Source: Candidatus Limnocylindrus sp.
GTDB taxonomy: Bacteria; Chloroflexota; Limnocylindria; Limnocylindrales; Limnocylindraceae
Length of the DNA stretch: 44,330 bases
Reading direction: 5' to 3'
Assembly: GCA_040397155.1 (NCBI GenBank)
Contig: JBBAWP010000005.1
Coordinates: 1-44,330, forward strand
Shown here: positions 40,771 to 44,330 of the stretch, in pieces
Layout: every line of letters starts with the position of its first letter
How positions within the stretch are numbered: the first letter of the stretch is position 1
The notes under the pieces: generated by a model
The model's input: only the letters and a program-made list of their open reading frames with translations
The model's database searches: none
Told to the model about the DNA's origin: nothing
Made by a program: the position numbers and the translations under genes

Positions 40771-41441
40771 GCAAGATCGGCGTGCTCGGCGGAACGTTTG
40801 ATCCGATTCACGACGGACACCTTGCGCTCGGCCAAGCTGCGTGTGACCTGCTGAAACTAGATCGCGTGATCTTTGTGCCCGCGGCACGCCCGCCACACAA
40901 GGTGAACGATCGCGTGACCGACGCGGAGACCCGATCCGCAATGGTGAAACTCGCAATTGCAGGAAACCCGAACTTTGAGTTGAGCCGAACGGAGCTTGAT
41001 CGTCCTGGGCTCTCCTTCACCGTTGACACGCTCCAAGAGATCGCGGAGTCGGCGCCTTCAGGCGCACCGCACGAGCTCTATCTCATCCTCTCTGTTGAAT
41101 CGCTCCTCGGGTTCCACGAATGGGAGAATCCAACCGCAATCCTTGATCTTGCGCGCGTTGCTGCACTTCCTCGTCCAGGGACGCCCACCCCAGACCGCGC
41201 CTGGCTGAAGCGACACTTTCCTGGCCGCGAGGATCGCTTCCTCTACCTGGACGGATTCCACCTCTCACATGCGAGCCGTGAGCTGCGGGCGCTCGCCGCA
41301 CGAGGTCGTTCACTTCGATATCTCGTGCCGAACCCAGTGGCGGAGTACATCAAGAAGAGCGGTCTCTACCTGGATCGCCCAGAACTCGTGCTGAAGCGTC
41401 CGATCGAGCCAGACGATATTCCCGTGGATCCTGCAACCTGA
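40767..41441 (+). CDS. nadD: Nicotinate-nucleotide adenylyltransferase
   Basis: GVLGGTFDPIH.GHL, PPHK, SFTVDTL, YLVP..V.EYI....LY. Confidence 0.93.
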   Translation: MSKIGVLGGTFDPIHDGHLALGQAACDLLKLDRVIFVPAARPPHKVNDRVTDAETRSAMVKLAIAGNPNFELSRTELDRPGLSFTVDTLQEIAESAPSGAPHELYLILSVESLLGFHEWENPTAILDLARVAALPRPGTPTPDRAWLKRHFPGREDRFLYLDGFHLSHASRELRALAARGRSLRYLVPNPVAEYIKKSGLYLDRPELVLKRPIEPDDIPVDPAT

Positions 41442-41462
41442 TGACTCGGGTAGGCTGAGCGC

Positions 41463-41828
41463 GTGATCCCACCGCAGCGCAGTATTGAGCCACACGATCT
41501 TGCGCGGAGGGTCGCCCTCTTGGCTGAGGATAAGAAGGCGGCAGACATCATCGTGTTGGACGTTGCTGGCCTCACCACCATCGCTGAAGCGTTTGTAATC
41601 TGCACCGGAGGGTCAGAGCCACAACTTGCGGCAATCACCGCGAGCATTGTTGACGGCATGGCGGCTGAGGGGGTGACACCCGCGCACCGTCATCGCGCTC
41701 CGTCGTCCCACTGGATCGTCCTTGACTATGGCAGCGTGATCGTGCACATCTTCACGCCACCTGAGCGGGAGTTCTACAAGTTGGAGCAGCTCTGGGCTTC
41801 GGCGAAGGTCTTGCTCCGCATTCAATAG
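41463..41828 (+). CDS. rsfS: Ribosome silencing factor (Iojap)
   Basis: DKKA.DI..LDV, FVICTG, WIVLDYGSVIVHIF...REFY.LE.LW. Confidence 0.95.
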   Translation: MIPPQRSIEPHDLARRVALLAEDKKAADIIVLDVAGLTTIAEAFVICTGGSEPQLAAITASIVDGMAAEGVTPAHRHRAPSSHWIVLDYGSVIVHIFTPPEREFYKLEQLWASAKVLLRIQ

Positions 41829-41831
41829 CAG

Positions 41832-42884
41832 TTAGCCGATCCGCGTCGCGCTCCATCGGGTGAGCGCAGGGCCCCAGGCGCGTTCACCATCACCCTTTGA
41901 GATCGCATCGAGCTCCACCAGTCCCGTGATCGCATCGGCAATCTCTCGTCCGCTCCACCGGCGTGCAGCCTCTGCGAGCTTCCCTGCGGGGTATTCGTGC
42001 ATCCCGATCTCCCGCGCCACCTGTGCCAGGGGGCGACCGTCCTCCACCACCGCCCCATGGATCTGCGCAAGGTCACGAAACTTCCGATGCAGCGTTGACA
42101 CCACCATGGGGCCAGGCTCGCTGATCGCACGCCCAAGATGCTTCGCCGCAAGAGGACCGCTGCGCGCCACGATCGCATCGGCAAATGCAAAGAGCGAACC
42201 GATCCCGCGATCTGCAACCAGCGCGTCCACTGCGCGCACAGAGATTGCGCCGGTTGGTACCGCGAGCATCAACTTCTCAAGTTCAATAGCCGCCGTCATT
42301 CGCATCCCACTGCGGTCAAGGTCGGGCTCACGGACTTCAGCACCGAGTCGCTCGGCGATCTCCTTTGCCGCATCACCCGCAATCTCGCGCCCCGCCGCCT
42401 GTGCGCGCTGCAAGATCCATGAGGCGAGTTCGCCAGGACCTGGTGAGATGCAGTTCACCACGGCACCACCAACATCTTGCACAAGGAGGCCGAGCTCACC
42501 CGGGCCTTCGGGTCGTGCCCCCTTTAGGTTGGGTCGTCGCGCGCGTTGGTCAATCAGCGCGACCGCATTCCCAGGCGCAATGTTGGCGAGCGCAGCGGCG
42601 ACGCCGGCGCGCAACTGTTTCGTTGCGGAGAGCCGACCCGCCCCTGCGACCACCGCAAGCGTTCCGCCGCCAAAGAGCCCACCAGTCGCGAGTCGCTGTG
42701 CCAGATCCGCAAGCACCGCACTCCCATTTCCAGAGCCGCGCCCTTCCGCCTTTAGGCGTACGCGATCTGGTCCCCCCATCCCACCAGCCGCCAGCCCTTT
42801 GGCGAGCAGATCAACCGCCTCCTCGATCAGAAGGAGGTCATCGCCCCAGGCGAGGAGTACCGCAGGATTCGTTGGCTTGGCCAT
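41832..42884 (-). CDS. holA: DNA polymerase III delta subunit
   Basis: LLAWGDD.LLI, T.GLFGG, L.SWI...A...G..I...AA..I, ELEKL.L, FAFADAI, HEYPAGK, L.ELD..SK; near leuS. Confidence 0.8.
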   Translation of the reverse strand: MAKPTNPAVLLAWGDDLLLIEEAVDLLAKGLAAGGMGGPDRVRLKAEGRGSGNGSAVLADLAQRLATGGLFGGGTLAVVAGAGRLSATKQLRAGVAAALANIAPGNAVALIDQRARRPNLKGARPEGPGELGLLVQDVGGAVVNCISPGPGELASWILQRAQAAGREIAGDAAKEIAERLGAEVREPDLDRSGMRMTAAIELEKLMLAVPTGAISVRAVDALVADRGIGSLFAFADAIVARSGPLAAKHLGRAISEPGPMVVSTLHRKFRDLAQIHGAVVEDGRPLAQVAREIGMHEYPAGKLAEAARRWSGREIADAITGLVELDAISKGDGERAWGPALTRWSATRIG

Positions 42885-42928
42885 GCGCGGATGGTAGCGC
42901 GGTCAATGCACTAGATGAGTAACCCCCG

Positions 42929-43870
42929 CTAGATCTTCTCCAGCTGTGGCTTGACCTCTTCGGCGAAGCGGATGAGGGACTCCTCATCGTGCGGGGTGGA
43001 GAAGCCGGCAACGAGGTGCTTGTAGCCGAGCTTCACGTACGGGGCGAGCTGCTCAACGATCTGGTCAACGGTGCCAACCGGCTGGCGCTCCCAGAGCGGT
43101 GAGATGCCGTTTCTAGCGAACTGCGCCTCGTAGATCTTCTGTGCGTCGTCTGGGTTGTTGCGGATCACCACGGTGCCGATCCCAACGGTGCGTTCAATCT
43201 CGTCTGGGTTGCGGCCGACAGCGGCGCAGTGCTTCAGGAGCACCTCCTCCTTATGTGCAACCTCTTCGGGCGTGCCGCCAACGTTGTTGCCGTCGCCGTA
43301 CTTGGCAACGAGCTTCAGCGTGACCTGCTCGCCACCACCGCCGATGAAGATCGGCAGGTGCTTCTGGACTGGTGCGGGGAGGTTGCGTACCGTCTGTGAC
43401 TTGTAGCGAGGGCCGGTAGCGGTTGGTTCGGTGCCGTCGAGCATGCCGCGCATGATCGGGAGCGCTTCGCCGAGCCAGCGGAGTCGCTCGGGAAAACCCT
43501 CGCCGAAGTTGAGGCCGAAGTGCTGGTGCTCCTCTTCAAACCAGGCGGCGCCAATGCCGAGGATGGCGCGACCGCCGGAGATGTGGTCGAGAGTGGTGGC
43601 GAGCTTGGCGGTGAGCGCCGGCTCGCGGAAGGTGTTCGCGCCAACCATCAGGCCGATGCGCACGTTCTTCGTGGCTTCGGCCCATGCGACGAGGGTGGAC
43701 CAGCCTTCAAAGATTGGCCCGTTTGGGTTGCCGATGATTGGATAGACGTGATCCCAAGTCCAGAGGTTGTCGTAGCCGACGCGATCTGCCGTGACGGCCA
43801 TAGAGCGCATGGATGCCCAATCGGTGAACTGTGGCCAGATGAGTGCGCCGATTTTGACCTTCTCGTTCAC
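42929..43870 (-). CDS. LLM-class flavin/F420-dependent oxidoreductase
   Basis: GYDNLW.WDH, EGWSTL...AE.T..VRIG.MV.ANTFR.PAL.AK, TLDHISGGR..LGIGAAW, IGGGGE..TL; GTG 43870 with RBS GGGAGG. Confidence 0.9.
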   Translation of the reverse strand: MNEKVKIGALIWPQFTDWASMRSMAVTADRVGYDNLWTWDHVYPIIGNPNGPIFEGWSTLVAWAEATKNVRIGLMVGANTFREPALTAKLATTLDHISGGRAILGIGAAWFEEEHQHFGLNFGEGFPERLRWLGEALPIMRGMLDGTEPTATGPRYKSQTVRNLPAPVQKHLPIFIGGGGEQVTLKLVAKYGDGNNVGGTPEEVAHKEEVLLKHCAAVGRNPDEIERTVGIGTVVIRNNPDDAQKIYEAQFARNGISPLWERQPVGTVDQIVEQLAPYVKLGYKHLVAGFSTPHDEESLIRFAEEVKPQLEKI

Positions 43871-43895
43871 GATGAACCTCCCGCTCTTCTCCTGC

Positions 43896-44330
43896 CTATC
43901 CAACGATGTTGATGAGGCGGCCACCGGCGTGGATGACCTTCTTCACGGGGCGACCCTCAAGTGCGACTTTCACCTTATCGGATGCGAGTGCGAGCGCCTC
44001 AATCTCCGCCTCTGTTGCGGTGGCGGAGATGGTGAGTTTGTCGCGAAGCTTCCCGTTGACCTGAATTGGGAGCTCACGCGTGCTCGCAGTAAGGAGAGAT
44101 GGATCAACAACTGGCCAACTGCGCTGGTGAATGGAGCGCCACGCTGGGTCGCTCACGGCAGTCCCTCGTTCCGCCTGAAGGCGGCTGTGCATCTCTTCGG
44201 CAAGGTGTGGGGCCATTGGAGCGAGTGCGGACAAGAGGTAGTCGAGGGCTTCGCTCCATGCTGCCCCGCCAGCAACAGGGCTGCCGCGATATGGGAAGAG
44301 GGCGTTGGCAAACTCCATCAACTTCGCAAC
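43896..44330 (-). CDS. leuS: Leucine--tRNA ligase, C-terminal part (5' end outside the window)
   Basis: VAKLMEF.N, LAPMAPHLAEE, SIH..SWP, IQVNGKLR, KKVI....RLINIV; frame open to the window edge. Confidence 0.95.
   Translation of the reverse strand, partial: VAKLMEFANALFPYRGSPVAGGAAWSEALDYLLSALAPMAPHLAEEMHSRLQAERGTAVSDPAWRSIHQRSWPVVDPSLLTASTRELPIQVNGKLRDKLTISATATEAEIEALALASDKVKVALEGRPVKKVIHAGGRLINIVG

Noticed and set aside
41860-42897. 345-aa plus-strand ORF opposite holA
   Set aside because: Ser/Ala/Pro/Arg-rich shadow frame; the minus strand has HolA motifs and a -10 element.

Overview
A gene-dense, roughly 60-65% GC bacterial chromosome segment made almost entirely of housekeeping and nutrient-uptake genes. 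Spacers are very short and many genes overlap by ATGA/GTGA, consistent with a streamlined genome. The gene mix (OpcA-type oxidative pentose phosphate pathway, F420-type LLM, FeS-photolyase, lipoprotein solute-binding proteins) would fit a Chloroflexota/Actinomycetota-like aquatic organism; this is inference only. Left to right: an FeS-BCP photolyase-MFS-phosphotriesterase-DUF1355-DinB operon; citrate synthase; aspC-manA; livKHMGF; ycaQ-ybaK; two divergent DMT transporters; pstSCAB plus an extra solute-binding lipoprotein; a tkt-rpiB-pgi-gnd-zwf-opcA-pgl-tdk cluster; a DMT; pyrG-tal-rho; a LysM/M23 peptidase; obgE-nadD-rsfS; holA; an LLM oxidoreductase; and the leuS 3' end. I found no mobile element, CRISPR array, tRNA or rRNA. 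The best candidate for undescribed biology is the liv locus. Its LivG ATPase carries a two-helix transmembrane insertion, its leader forms a long rod with an SRP-domain-IV-like apex, the livK-livH spacer has alternative RNA structures, and the livH RBS is a G9 tract. Other highlights: a recurring leaderless-mRNA promoter signature (8 genes), a four-unit 11-nt Pho-box array, a non-lipidated PstS with DING-like cysteines, and an orphan binding protein coupled to pstB. All calls come from manual motif recognition; no searches were run.
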